A stretch of DNA of 62,852 nucleotides, the filler included, from an uncultured Synergistales bacterium (GTDB lineage: Bacteria; Synergistota; Synergistia; Synergistales; Aminobacteriaceae), in NCBI GenBank assembly GCA_937897575.1. It is 5 parts of 5 records of this genome, joined end to end, with 100 filler letters (N's around TTAATTAATTAA, not from the genome) between each part and the next. Parts side by side here need not be neighbours in the genome. Positions count along the whole stretch, not along the records: positions 8,002 to 22,128 come from CALCQG010000130.1; positions 22,229 to 50,257 come from CALCQG010000132.1; 3 more parts are not named here. One strand, written 5' to 3'. How positions within the stretch are numbered: the stretch's first letter is position 1; each line of letters starts with the position of its first letter. Made by a program: the position numbers and the translations under genes. Under the pieces are notes generated by a model. That model had not been told where the DNA came from. It worked only from the letters and a program-made list of their open reading frames with translations, and did no database searches. Shown here piece by piece: positions 9,263 to 22,616 of the stretch.

Positions 9263-10438
9263 ATGAGAAGAGGGATCTTTCTTGCGACACTGTTGATTGT
9301 GGCGGTGATGACCTGTTCCGGCGCGGCCTTCGCTGCGGCGCCGTCGGGAGAGCCGATCAAGATCGGGTACCTCGCGACCCTCACGGGCGACGGCGCGACG
9401 TGGGGGCAGCACGAGCGCGACGGGGCCCTGATGAAGATCAAGGAGATCAACGCAGCCGGCGGTCTGCTTGGCAGGCCCGTGGAGCTGATCTGCTACGACG
9501 TCCGCGGCCGGCAGGAGGACGCCATTCAGGCGGCGCGGCGCCTCGTCCACGAGGACAAGGTCGTTGCCATCGGCGGAACGAACTACAGCGGCCTGAACAT
9601 CGCCACCCAGCCCATCGTCTCGGCGGCGAAGGTCCCCCAGATCGGCAGCGCGTCCACGAACCCCGCCGTGACGGTGGATCCGAAGACCGGCCAGGTCTAC
9701 CCCTACATGTTCCGGATCTGCTACACGGACCCCTACCAGGGGAAGGTCATGGCGGACTACCTCTTCAACAGCCTCAAGGTCAAGAGCGCGGCCGTCATCA
9801 CGGACATAGGGAGCGACTACTCCGAAGGGCTCAAGGAGTTCTTCCTCGCCCAGGCCAAGGTGCTGGGCGGCGACGTGAAGGGCGTCTGGGCGTTCCGCTC
9901 GGGCGACGTGGACTTCCGGGCACAGCTCACGGAGATGAAGGCCTCGGGGGCCGAGGCCGTCGCCCTGCCCATCCTCTACAAGGAGATGGGGCTCATCATG
10001 AAGCAGGCTGAGTCCCTCGGCTGGAAGCCCATCTTCATCGGTGGGGACGGCTATAGCCCGGCCATCCACGAGATCGCCGGCGACACGCTGGAGAAGAGTT
10101 ACTGGGTGTACAGCATGAACCTGCTCGCCCCCGAACTCCTGGAGTTCAACGAGAAGTTCAAGAAGGAGTACGGCCGGGACGCCTTCGAGCTGTCCAACGC
10201 CGCCTTCGGGTACGACATCACCACGTGGATCGCCGACGCCATCACCCGGGCCGGCAAGGCCGAGGGACCTGCCGTCCGGGACGCCATCGAGGACACGAAG
10301 GACCTGAAGCTCGTCCACTTCACCCTGACGGTGGACAAACCGACGCACAACCCGCTGAACAAGCCGGCGGCCATGATGATCTGGAAGGACAAGAAGATCA
10401 ACTTCCTGGAGATGTGGGCCCCGCAGGAGAAGTTCTGA
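9263..10438 (+). CDS. LivJ/LivK-like amino-acid ABC substrate-binding protein
   Basis: GGAGG RBS; signal peptide; EINAAGGLLGRPVEL, YMFRICYTDPYQG, GDVDFRAQLT. Confidence 0.9.
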   Translation: MRRGIFLATLLIVAVMTCSGAAFAAAPSGEPIKIGYLATLTGDGATWGQHERDGALMKIKEINAAGGLLGRPVELICYDVRGRQEDAIQAARRLVHEDKVVAIGGTNYSGLNIATQPIVSAAKVPQIGSASTNPAVTVDPKTGQVYPYMFRICYTDPYQGKVMADYLFNSLKVKSAAVITDIGSDYSEGLKEFFLAQAKVLGGDVKGVWAFRSGDVDFRAQLTEMKASGAEAVALPILYKEMGLIMKQAESLGWKPIFIGGDGYSPAIHEIAGDTLEKSYWVYSMNLLAPELLEFNEKFKKEYGRDAFELSNAAFGYDITTWIADAITRAGKAEGPAVRDAIEDTKDLKLVHFTLTVDKPTHNPLNKPAAMMIWKDKKINFLEMWAPQEKF

Positions 10439-10472
10439 TCGACCGGTCCTCTCCGAGCGTTTCCCGTGAAAC

Positions 10473-10510
10473 AGAGGTCCGCCCCGCGGGGCGGACCTCT
10501 TTATCTTTTC
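10473..10510. terminator. Bidirectional intrinsic terminator
   Basis: Perfect 28-nt palindrome agaggtccgccccgcggggcggacctct followed by T-rich tract; between convergent genes. Confidence 0.8.
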
Positions 10511-10522
10511 GCATCGACGCCC

Positions 10523-12094
10523 CTATCGAGCCTCGCCGGCCCGCGCCACAGCCCCTCCGTCTTTCAGGGAGACCCGGATGACGCGCCGCCACTCCGCCCG
10601 CTCCTCGGGGTAGTCGTCCCGGAAGTGCGCGCCCCGGCTCTCGCAGCGCAGGAGGGCGCTCGCGGCGACGGCCTCGGCCGTGCGGAAGAGCCCCTTCAGC
10701 TCGAGGGCATGCAGGAGCTTCAGAGGGCTCCCCGCGTCTGTGGATGTCCGGGAGCGGCGCCAGGCCTCGAGGTCCGCCGCCGTCCCCTTCAACTCCTCCC
10801 CATTGCGGCAGGGCCCCAAACCTCGTTGGACGATCGCCTGCAGGGCACCCCGCGCCTCGGCGGGGTCGGCCTCGCCTTCGGCGAATTCCCGGGGAAGCGC
10901 GCGCTCCGTCGCCCCCGTCCCGGGCGTTTCCCGCGCCTCCGCTGCCGCCGTCCGGCCCGCCCGCAGCCCGAAGGTGACGATATTGGTCAGGGCGTTGCCG
11001 CCCATGCGGCTCGCCCCGTCGACGCCGCCCGTCACCTCGCCGCAGGCGTAGAGGCCGGGGAGGGACGTCCGCCCCTCTCCGTCTATGGGCACGCCGCCGC
11101 AGAAGTAGTGCTCCAGGGGGCTCATCGCCACAGGCACCCCTCTTCGCTCCGGCGGGAGATCCATGCTGATGGCAGCACGAACATCAGGCTTGATCAGGTC
11201 CTCGTCCCCCATTTTTTCAAGATGAAGCAGGGCTTTGCCGCCCGCCCGAAGATGCTGGGCCAGCAGCCGGGAGGTTTTGTCCCTGGCGAAGAGATTCGCC
11301 TCTCCGCCGTCCCGATACCCCCAGGAGCGGACGGCCTCCAGGAGGAACTCCCGCCCCCCTTCGTCCGTCAGAGGGATGGAGTCGATGACGCCCAGCCCCA
11401 CCATCCACAGGGGGAAGCCCGGATGGTCCCACCCCAGGGGGTAGAACTGGACGTACTCCATGTCGATGAGGTCGAGCCCCGCTTCGAGGGCGAGGGCATA
11501 CCCGTCGCCCGTCATCCGGGCCGGGTTGTCCGTCCGCTCGTAGATGCGGCCGCCACCGCCCGAGGCGAGGATCAGGGAGGAGCACTCCAGGGCGGCGGCC
11601 TTGCCCGTCCGCCAGTGCACGAACTCCACCCCTTCGACGCCCCGCTCGCCCGTCCGGATCCTCGTTGCGACCACGTCGTCGAAGAAGACCACTCCGGCGT
11701 CCCTCCCCGCGCGCGCGAGCTCCTCCGTAAGCCCGGCGCCGCCCATCACGGCCGACGGCGCCGACCGCCGGACCGAGGCCCGGCCGTCCTGGAGAGAGAT
11801 GGTGACGCCCCATTGCGCCAGAGTTTCGAGAGCGCCCTCCCCCTCCTCCGAGAGAATTTCGACGAGGCGGGGGTCGTTGACGAAACGCCCGGTCTTCATC
11901 ACCCGATCAAAGTGTTCCCGGGGCGGTACGGCTCCGCTGGCGAGGGAGAAGTACCCCCCGGCATAGGCCGTGCAGTTGGCGATGCCGACCTTCGTCTTGC
12001 TCAGCACCACGACCTCCGCGCCGGCCTGCCGCGCCGCCAGGGCGGCCGTCAGCCCCGCTCCCCCGCTTCCCACGACGACGACTCTTCGGACCAT
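10523..12094 (-). CDS. Stand-alone SdhA/FrdA/NadB-family flavoprotein
   Basis: VVVVGSGGAGLTAA, TGDG, HYFCGG, GLYACGE, RMGGNAL, ESRGAHFRDDYP. Confidence 0.82.
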   Translation of the reverse strand: MVRRVVVVGSGGAGLTAALAARQAGAEVVVLSKTKVGIANCTAYAGGYFSLASGAVPPREHFDRVMKTGRFVNDPRLVEILSEEGEGALETLAQWGVTISLQDGRASVRRSAPSAVMGGAGLTEELARAGRDAGVVFFDDVVATRIRTGERGVEGVEFVHWRTGKAAALECSSLILASGGGGRIYERTDNPARMTGDGYALALEAGLDLIDMEYVQFYPLGWDHPGFPLWMVGLGVIDSIPLTDEGGREFLLEAVRSWGYRDGGEANLFARDKTSRLLAQHLRAGGKALLHLEKMGDEDLIKPDVRAAISMDLPPERRGVPVAMSPLEHYFCGGVPIDGEGRTSLPGLYACGEVTGGVDGASRMGGNALTNIVTFGLRAGRTAAAEARETPGTGATERALPREFAEGEADPAEARGALQAIVQRGLGPCRNGEELKGTAADLEAWRRSRTSTDAGSPLKLLHALELKGLFRTAEAVAASALLRCESRGAHFRDDYPEERAEWRRVIRVSLKDGGAVARAGEAR

Positions 12095-12121
12095 TCTCAA
12101 TCGCCTCCTTCTATGTACGAG

Positions 12122-12149
12122 AGGGCCCCGCCGGAAACAGCGGGGCCCT
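12122..12149 (-). terminator. Stem-loop downstream of EF-G paralog
   Basis: agggccccgc/gcggggccct inverted repeat. Confidence 0.5.
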
Positions 12150-12176
12150 GCGGTGTTTTTCCGATCGAACGAGGGG

Positions 12177-14258
12177 CTACTCCTCCTCATCCTCCTGCTT
12201 GTGGGCCGCGATGACCTTCTTAGATATCTCCGCCGGCACCTCTTCGTAGTGGTCGTAGGCCATGGAGAAGGAGCCCCGGCCGGACGTCATGGACCGAAGG
12301 ATGATGGCGTACCGGAACATCTCGGCGAGGGGAACCTGAGCCCGGACGATCTGCTGGTGCCCGCGGGCGTCGATTCCGAGGATGCGGCCCCTCCGGCTGT
12401 TGAAGTCGCCCATGACGTCGCCGAGGTACTCCTCGGGGACGGCGACCTCCGCAAGCATGATGGGCTCGAGCAGGACGGGGTTGGCCTCCAGGATCCCCTT
12501 CTTGAAGGAGAGGCGGGCCGCCAGTTTGAAGGCCATCTCCGAGCTGTCCACGTCGTGGTAGGAGCCGAAATACAGCGTGGCCTTGAAGTCCACCACGGGG
12601 AAGCTGGCCAGGGGCCCCTTCACCATGGTCTCGCGAAGGCCCTTCTCCACCGCCGGGATGAAGCCCTTGGGGATGGCGCCGCCCACGATGCTGTCCTCGA
12701 AGACGAACCCGGCGCCCCGCTCCAGGGGCGTGTAGCGGATGTGCACGTCGCCGTACTGCCCGTGGCCGCCCGTCTGCTTCTTGTGCTTGCCCTGGGCCTC
12801 GGCGGTCTTGCGGATCGTCTCGCGGTAGGGGACCTGGGGCGTCTTCGTGTCGAGCTCCACACCGTAGCGCTCCTTGAGGCGGGCGAGGACGATGTCGATG
12901 TGCATGTCGCCCATGCCCGAGAGGATGCTGTCTCCCGTCTCGCCGTTCTTCTCGAAGGTGAGGCTCGCGTCCTCCTCGAGGGTCTTGTTGATGGCGTTGC
13001 CGAGCTTGTCCTCGTCGGCCCGGCTCTTGGCCGTCACCGCCACGCTGTACACCGGGGCGGGGAAGGAGATGGGCGGGTAGGTCAGCGTCTCGCCCTTCAG
13101 GGCGAGGGTGTCGCCCAGCTGGGTGCTGTGAAGCTTGGGGATGGCCAGGATGTCGCCCACGACGATCTCCTTGACGTCCTTGCCCTCCTTGCCCGTCATG
13201 AACTTGAAGGAGCTGATCCGCTCCTCCTCGCCCTTGTTCACGTTGAAGATCGTTCCGTCGGAGGTGAGCCGGCCCGAGTTCACCCGGATGAAGGAGAGCT
13301 TGCCCACGTAGGGGTCCACCATGAGCTTGAAGCAGAGGGCCGAGAAGGGCCCGTCTGGGCTCTGGGCCACCTGGACCTCCGAACCGCCCTTCGTGGCGAC
13401 GCGGGCGCGGGATTCGAGGGGCGACGGGAAGAAGTCGACGATGAAGTCAAGAAGCTGGTGGACGCCGATGTTCGCCGTCGATGCGCCGGGGAACACGGGA
13501 AGCACCATCTTCTGGACCATGGCCTTGCGGAGCGCCGGGATCAGCTCGTCGTCGGACACCGCTTCGCCCTCGAGGTACCGCATCATGAGCTCGTCGTCGG
13601 CCTCGACGATGGCCTCCACAAGCCGCTCCTTCGTTGCGGCGACGTCATCGGCCATGTCCGCCGGAACGGCTCCCTCGACGAACTTGCCGCTGCCGTCGGC
13701 CTCGTAGGTGTATGCCTTGCCCCTGAGCACGTCCACCACGCCCTTGAAGGACGCCTCGGACCCTATGGGGAGGTAGACGGGGACGGCCTTGTCGCTGTAG
13801 CTCGACCGGATGTCCTCGAGGACCTTCTGGAAGTCGCCGTTCTCACGGTCGAGCTTGGAGATGAAGAAGGCGCTGGGCAGCGCGAACTCCTTCGCCATGT
13901 CCCAGGCGCTGTCCGTCTGCACCTCGATGCCGCTCACGCCGCTGACCACGATGATCATGGCGTCCACGACACGGGCCGCGGAGCGCATCTCGCCCACGAA
14001 GTCGGCGAAGCCCGGCGTGTCGATGGCAAAGAGGGTCTTTCCGTTCCGTTCCATGGTGACAAGGGACGAGTTGATCGAGATGTGGCGTTTTTGCTCCTCC
14101 TGGCTGAAGTCGCTGACGGTGTTCCCGTCCTCGACCCGCCCCAGGCGCGACGTGGTGCCCGTGTCGAAGAGCATGGCCTCCGTGAGCGCCGTTTTTCCGG
14201 CGCCCCCGTGGGCCGCTAGAGCGAAACTGCGGGTATTCTCAGGTTGACGTGCTCCCAA
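12177..14258 (-). CDS. fusA: Elongation factor G paralog (EF-G2-like)
   Basis: AHGGAGKT, DTPG, PQVPYRETI, GGHGQYG, GSYHDVDSSEMAF; not in str operon. Confidence 0.9.
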   Translation of the reverse strand: MGARQPENTRSFALAAHGGAGKTALTEAMLFDTGTTSRLGRVEDGNTVSDFSQEEQKRHISINSSLVTMERNGKTLFAIDTPGFADFVGEMRSAARVVDAMIIVVSGVSGIEVQTDSAWDMAKEFALPSAFFISKLDRENGDFQKVLEDIRSSYSDKAVPVYLPIGSEASFKGVVDVLRGKAYTYEADGSGKFVEGAVPADMADDVAATKERLVEAIVEADDELMMRYLEGEAVSDDELIPALRKAMVQKMVLPVFPGASTANIGVHQLLDFIVDFFPSPLESRARVATKGGSEVQVAQSPDGPFSALCFKLMVDPYVGKLSFIRVNSGRLTSDGTIFNVNKGEEERISSFKFMTGKEGKDVKEIVVGDILAIPKLHSTQLGDTLALKGETLTYPPISFPAPVYSVAVTAKSRADEDKLGNAINKTLEEDASLTFEKNGETGDSILSGMGDMHIDIVLARLKERYGVELDTKTPQVPYRETIRKTAEAQGKHKKQTGGHGQYGDVHIRYTPLERGAGFVFEDSIVGGAIPKGFIPAVEKGLRETMVKGPLASFPVVDFKATLYFGSYHDVDSSEMAFKLAARLSFKKGILEANPVLLEPIMLAEVAVPEEYLGDVMGDFNSRRGRILGIDARGHQQIVRAQVPLAEMFRYAIILRSMTSGRGSFSMAYDHYEEVPAEISKKVIAAHKQEDEEE

Positions 14259-14372
14259 TTCGATGACCTCCTCCGGACTCTCTTCGCATGTTCACACTGC
14301 CGATACACAGATTTTTCTATATTAACATACCGGCCCCTCTTGCAACAGCAGAGGCCGTCTTTTCACACGCCG

Positions 14373-15863
14373 TCACAGAAGCTCCCCGAGCACCGAGTCG
14401 AGGATGGCCTGAACCTGCTTTCCGTCGGCCTGTCCCCTCGTCTCCTTCATGACGAGCCCCGTGAGGAACTTTCTCTTCTTTCCGCTCCCGTCCTTGCCCG
14501 AGCGGATCTCGTCCAGGACGTCGGGGTTCTGCGCCACCACAGCCCGGATGATCCCCTCGAGGGCTTCGCTGGCTATTCCGCCCTGGGCCGCTCCAGCGCC
14601 CTTCAGCGCCTCGTCGAGGCTCTTTCCGCCGGCCATGGCGTCGAAAACCTCCCGGGCCACGGTGGTGGAGAGCTTCTTCTCGTCCACCATGGCGACGAGC
14701 CGGCCGAGGGACAACGCCGCCACGGGAAAGGCGTCGGCGGGGAGCTTCCTCTCGTTCATCACCCGGAAGACCTCGACGCGCACCCAGTTGGACGCCCGAA
14801 GGGGCGACGCTCCGGCGGCGACGCATGCCTCGAAGTAGTCGGCCAGGGGCAGGGACTCGACGAGCACCTCCACGTCGGCGGCGGGGAGGCCATATTGCTC
14901 GGTGAAGCGCTCCGCCTTTTTCCACGGCATCTCGGGGAGGGCGCGGCGTTCCCGTTCCTCCATGGCCTCGGTGACGAGCATGGGGGGCAGGTCGGGGTCG
15001 GGGAAGTATCGGTAGTCGTTGGCCGCCTCCTTGCTCCGCATGGCCGTGGTGACGCCCGCTCCGTCGTTCCAGTGGCGCGTCTCCCGCTCGGGCGTTCCGC
15101 CCCGCTCCATGAGGATTCTCTGGCGCTCGATCTCGTAGGCCAGAGCGCGCTCCACGGCCCGGAGGGAGTTCATGTTCTTCACCTCGGACCGCTCGCCCCA
15201 GAAGAGCAGATCGCCCGTCGCGCCGTCGACCTTCTTCAGCGAGATGTTGGCGTCCACCCGGAGGGAGCCCTTCTCCATGTCGCCGTCGGACACGCCCAGA
15301 TACCGGACGAGCCTCCGCAGGGTCTGGACGTACTCGCGGGCCTCCCGCGGGGAGCTCATATCGGGCTCGGAGACGATCTCGGCCAGAGGCACGCCGCCCC
15401 GGTTGTAGTCCACGAAGGAGCGTTCCGCCCCCTCGAGGCGGCCGTCGGCGGCCGAGTGGACGAGCTTGCCGGCATCCTCCTCGAGGTGGAGCCGGGTGAT
15501 CCGGATCCGCTTCGGGGCGCCGTCGTCGCCCGTGATGACGATCTCGCCCCCCTCGGCGAGCGGCAGGTCGTACTGGCTGATCTGGTAGGCCTTCGGCAGG
15601 TCGGGGTAGAAGTAGTTCTTCCGGTGGAAGATCGTCCGGTCGCGGATGGCGCACGACAGGGCGAGCCCGGCCCGTATGCCGAGGCGCAGGGCGTGTTCGT
15701 TCATCACCGGCAGAGTCCCGGGAAGCCCGAGGCACACGGGGCAGACGTTCCTGTTGGGCTCGGCGCCCATGGAGTCCGTGGAGCAGGAGCAGAAGATCTT
15801 CGACGCTGTGGCGAGCTGCACGTGGACCTCGAGCCCGATGACGGGCATGTAGACGGCGTTCAT
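14373..15863 (-). CDS. gatB: Asp/Glu-tRNA amidotransferase subunit B
   Basis: VIGLEVHVQL, RKNYFYPDLPKAYQISQ, HLEEDAGK, DYRYFPDPDL. Confidence 0.97.
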   Translation of the reverse strand: MNAVYMPVIGLEVHVQLATASKIFCSCSTDSMGAEPNRNVCPVCLGLPGTLPVMNEHALRLGIRAGLALSCAIRDRTIFHRKNYFYPDLPKAYQISQYDLPLAEGGEIVITGDDGAPKRIRITRLHLEEDAGKLVHSAADGRLEGAERSFVDYNRGGVPLAEIVSEPDMSSPREAREYVQTLRRLVRYLGVSDGDMEKGSLRVDANISLKKVDGATGDLLFWGERSEVKNMNSLRAVERALAYEIERQRILMERGGTPERETRHWNDGAGVTTAMRSKEAANDYRYFPDPDLPPMLVTEAMEERERRALPEMPWKKAERFTEQYGLPAADVEVLVESLPLADYFEACVAAGASPLRASNWVRVEVFRVMNERKLPADAFPVAALSLGRLVAMVDEKKLSTTVAREVFDAMAGGKSLDEALKGAGAAQGGIASEALEGIIRAVVAQNPDVLDEIRSGKDGSGKKRKFLTGLVMKETRGQADGKQVQAILDSVLGELL

Positions 15864-17359
15864 CGCCCATCGCCTCCTTTCACGGCCGCCATAGGGGCGA
15901 CGGATGCGGGCCCCAGATGCCGTTCGAGCACGGCGGCCGCGGAGAGCAGCCCCTCCTCCCCCCATTGGGGGGCTATGAGCTGGACGCCCACGGGCAGGGG
16001 ACGGGCATCCGCCGTGAACCCTCCGTTCAGGGAGAGGGCCGGCAGCCCGGCGAGGTTGACGGGCAGGGTGAAGATGTCGGCGAGGTACATCTGAATCGGG
16101 TCGTCCACCAGCTCCCCCTTTCTGAAGGCCGGCGTCGGGGCCGTCGGCAGGGCGATGAGATCGCAGGAGGCGAAGGCCTTTCTGAACTCCTCCTTCATCA
16201 GCTGACGGACCTTCTGGGCCGTCAGATAGTAGGCGTCGTAGTAGCCCGAGCTCAGCACGTAGGTACCCGTGAGGATGCGCCGCTTGACCTCCGGCCCGAA
16301 CCCCTCGCCGCGGGTCCGTTCGTAGAGCGCCTTGAGGGTCCGCTCCTTTCTGGAGAAGCCGTAGCGGACGCCGTCGAACCGGGCCAGGTTTGAGCTGGCC
16401 TCCGCCGGGGCGAGGATGTAGTAGCAGGGAAGACCGAACTCAAGGGACCGGGGCAGCGAAACCTCCACGATCTCGGCCCCCTCCCGCCGGCACAGGTCGA
16501 GGACACGGGCCAGGGTCCCCTCCACGTCGGGCGACAGGGACGCCTTCATGCCCGCGAGTTCCCGCACGACGGCGATTTTCCGCCCCTTCAGCGAGGCGGA
16601 CGCCACAGCCGCGCCGTACTCGGGGCGCGCCCTGCGGCTGGAGGTGCCGTCCCCCGGGTCCGGGGCCGCGATGACGGACAGCATGCGGGCAAGGTCCGCC
16701 GCCGTCCGGGCGAAGGGGCCGATCTGGTCCAGGGACGACGCGAAGGCCACGAGCCCTCTCCGGCTCACGAGGCCGTAGGTCGGCTTCATGCCGTAGACGC
16801 CGCAGTAGGAGGCGGGCTGCCGAATGGAGCCGCCCGTGTCGCTCCCGAGGGCCACGGGCACGTACCCGGCGGCCACGGCCACGGCGCTCCCCCCCGAACT
16901 GCCTCCGGGCACACGGTCCGGGTCCCAGGGGTTCGACGCGGGGCCGAAGGCCGAGTACTCCGTGGAGCCGCCCATGGCGAACTCGTCCATGTTCGTCTTG
17001 CCGAGGATCACGGCCCCCGCGCCCTCGAGAGCCGTGACGACGGCCGCGTCGTAGGGCGGGGTCCACCTCTCGAGCATCCGGCTGCCGCAGGTCGTCGGGG
17101 CCGCCCGATAGCACATGTTGTCCTTGAGCACGACGGGGACGCCGGCCAGAGGCCCCGGGTCCTCCCCTCGGGCGACGCACTCGTCCACCGCCCTGGCCGC
17201 CGCCATGCCCGCCTCCTCGGTGACGGAGAGCATGGCCGAGAGCGCCGGGTCCATCCGGCGAACCCGCTCCAGGCTCGAACGAAACACCTCCGCCGCCGAG
17301 AACTCCTTCGCCAGAAGGCCGCGGACGATCTCGTCCGCGGAGAGCATCCTGTCCATCAC
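15860..17359 (-). CDS. gatA: Asp/Glu-tRNA amidotransferase subunit A
   Basis: GKTNMDEFAMG, GGSSGGSA, GSDTGGSIRQPA, SSNLARFDG. Confidence 0.97.
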   Translation of the reverse strand: MMDRMLSADEIVRGLLAKEFSAAEVFRSSLERVRRMDPALSAMLSVTEEAGMAAARAVDECVARGEDPGPLAGVPVVLKDNMCYRAAPTTCGSRMLERWTPPYDAAVVTALEGAGAVILGKTNMDEFAMGGSTEYSAFGPASNPWDPDRVPGGSSGGSAVAVAAGYVPVALGSDTGGSIRQPASYCGVYGMKPTYGLVSRRGLVAFASSLDQIGPFARTAADLARMLSVIAAPDPGDGTSSRRARPEYGAAVASASLKGRKIAVVRELAGMKASLSPDVEGTLARVLDLCRREGAEIVEVSLPRSLEFGLPCYYILAPAEASSNLARFDGVRYGFSRKERTLKALYERTRGEGFGPEVKRRILTGTYVLSSGYYDAYYLTAQKVRQLMKEEFRKAFASCDLIALPTAPTPAFRKGELVDDPIQMYLADIFTLPVNLAGLPALSLNGGFTADARPLPVGVQLIAPQWGEEGLLSAAAVLERHLGPASVAPMAAVKGGDGR

Positions 17360-17670
17360 TCGTCGCCCTCCATGATCCGGGGGACCACGAAGAAGCCCTC
17401 CCGGGCGTCGGGGGCGGCGTCGAGAACCGCCCTCCCCACGGAGCTCTCCACCACCTCGTCGGCCCGCAGGGGCGGAATTTCATCGTGGGCGAAGACGACG
17501 GGGGACAGGTCGTCCAGGGGCAGCCGCCCCTCCTCACCGGCCCGAGCCAGGGCATTGAAGTGGGCCATGATCCCCGTGAAGTGCCCCACGAGCCCCACGA
17601 TCTCGTCGTCTTCCACATGGAGCCGGGCAAGCTCGGCCACGTGCCGAACGTCCCGTTCGCTGACGGTCAT
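17356..17670 (-). CDS. gatC: Asp/Glu-tRNA amidotransferase subunit C
   Basis: VRHVAELARL...LRADEV...FFVVPRI; directly upstream of gatA. Confidence 0.9.
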   Translation of the reverse strand: MTVSERDVRHVAELARLHVEDDEIVGLVGHFTGIMAHFNALARAGEEGRLPLDDLSPVVFAHDEIPPLRADEVVESSVGRAVLDAAPDAREGFFVVPRIMEGDE

Positions 17671-17683
17671 CGAAAAAACCTCC

Positions 17684-21303
<3,620 letters not shown>

Positions 21304-21307
21304 CGTT

Positions 21308-22128
21308 TCATTCTCCCCTTTCGAAGTACTCGTCCCAGCACGCCACTCGCTCCCTGAGTTCAGGCCAGGAGTGGATCAGTGCCACCGCTCTGCGCATCTC
21401 CCCTATCCCCCGCTCACCGCGAAACAGCCCGGAGAGCAGGCGTTTCATGAAGAGAACGGCCTGCTTCGGGCCGCACAGCGCATTCACCTCGTCGCCGAAC
21501 TGGAGCAGCAGCGTCGCCTGGAGGCGGGGCGTCGGATTCCTGTATGTATTATGCACGTCAAAACCGAGAAACGCCAGCGTCTTCGGAAAAAGAAAGGGGT
21601 TGGCGATGGCTCCCCGGGCCAGCAGCACGGCGCCGCACCCCATATCCAGGTACTCCTTCGCCCGCTCGGGCGAGAGGACGTCCCCGCTGGCGCCTATGCG
21701 CGCCCCGAATCGCCGCGCCAGGCTCCGCACCGCCTCCACGTCCGCGACCCCCTCGTACCGCTGGGCCGGTGTTCGGCCGTGGATCCATACCATGGCGGCC
21801 CCGGCGTCGAACAGCGCCTCGGCGAAGGCCTCGGTGGTCAGAGGGGCTCCCTCGGGGCACTTGCGGATCTTCGGCCACACGGGGCGCCCGAAGCGGGTCA
21901 GAGCCCGCACCATGTCGATGGCCACGTCGGGACGGCTCAGCAGCCGGGAGCCCGACCCCCGCTTCAGGACCTTCGGCATGGGGCAGGCCATGTTGATCCC
22001 CAGGGCGGGGAAGGGCTGCGCCGAGAGGGCGCTCTCCGCCCCGGCGGCCAGCGTGTCGGCGTCGCCGGCGAAGAGCTGGAGGATCACCGGCGCCTCCCCG
22101 GGCAGAACCCTGGTCATGGAGGCCGTCT
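21308..22128 (-). CDS. dusB: tRNA-dihydrouridine synthase, 5' truncated by gap
   Basis: INMACP, KIR, IHGRT, GD, ARGAIANP Dus motifs. Confidence 0.8.
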
Positions 22129-22228
22129 NNNNNNNNNNNNNNNNNNNNNNNNNNNNNNNNNNNNNNNNNNNNTTAATTAATTAANNNNNNNNNNNNNNNN
22201 NNNNNNNNNNNNNNNNNNNNNNNNNNNN
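22129..22228. other. Artificial contig linker
   Basis: N runs with TTAATTAATTAA. Confidence 0.97.
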
Positions 22229-22599
22229 AAGGCCCCCACCACCCGCCCCAGAAGGGCGTGATCGTTGTTGTCCCGCGCCGAGAGGATCCTGAGGGTCTCG
22301 GCCCCGGACACGTCCCCGTAGATGACCCGCTTGGGCACGAGCCCCGCGAGGGAGACGGACCGGATGCCCCGGGCCATCATGTCCCGGGCGACGGCCTCGA
22401 GGTTCAGCTTTCCGTCGGCGCCCGGCAGGGTCAGGAGGTCCACCGTCCGCTCCGGCGAGACGCCCGGGAGCGCGCCGCCTCCCGCCCGATAGACGACCAG
22501 GGGGATCTCTCGCTCCGCAATATGCCGTGCCACGACGGCGGGAAGGTCCCCCTCGCCGGCGATGAGCCCCACAGGGCCTCTGATGTCCGCTCCGTGCAT
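22229..22599 (-). CDS. lpxI: LpxI-family UDP-2,3-diacylglucosamine hydrolase, 3' truncated
   Basis: VGLIAGEGDLP N-terminal motif, NDHALL; located in lpx cluster. Confidence 0.75.
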
Positions 22600-22616
22600 C
22601 GTATCCTCCTCTCTGC

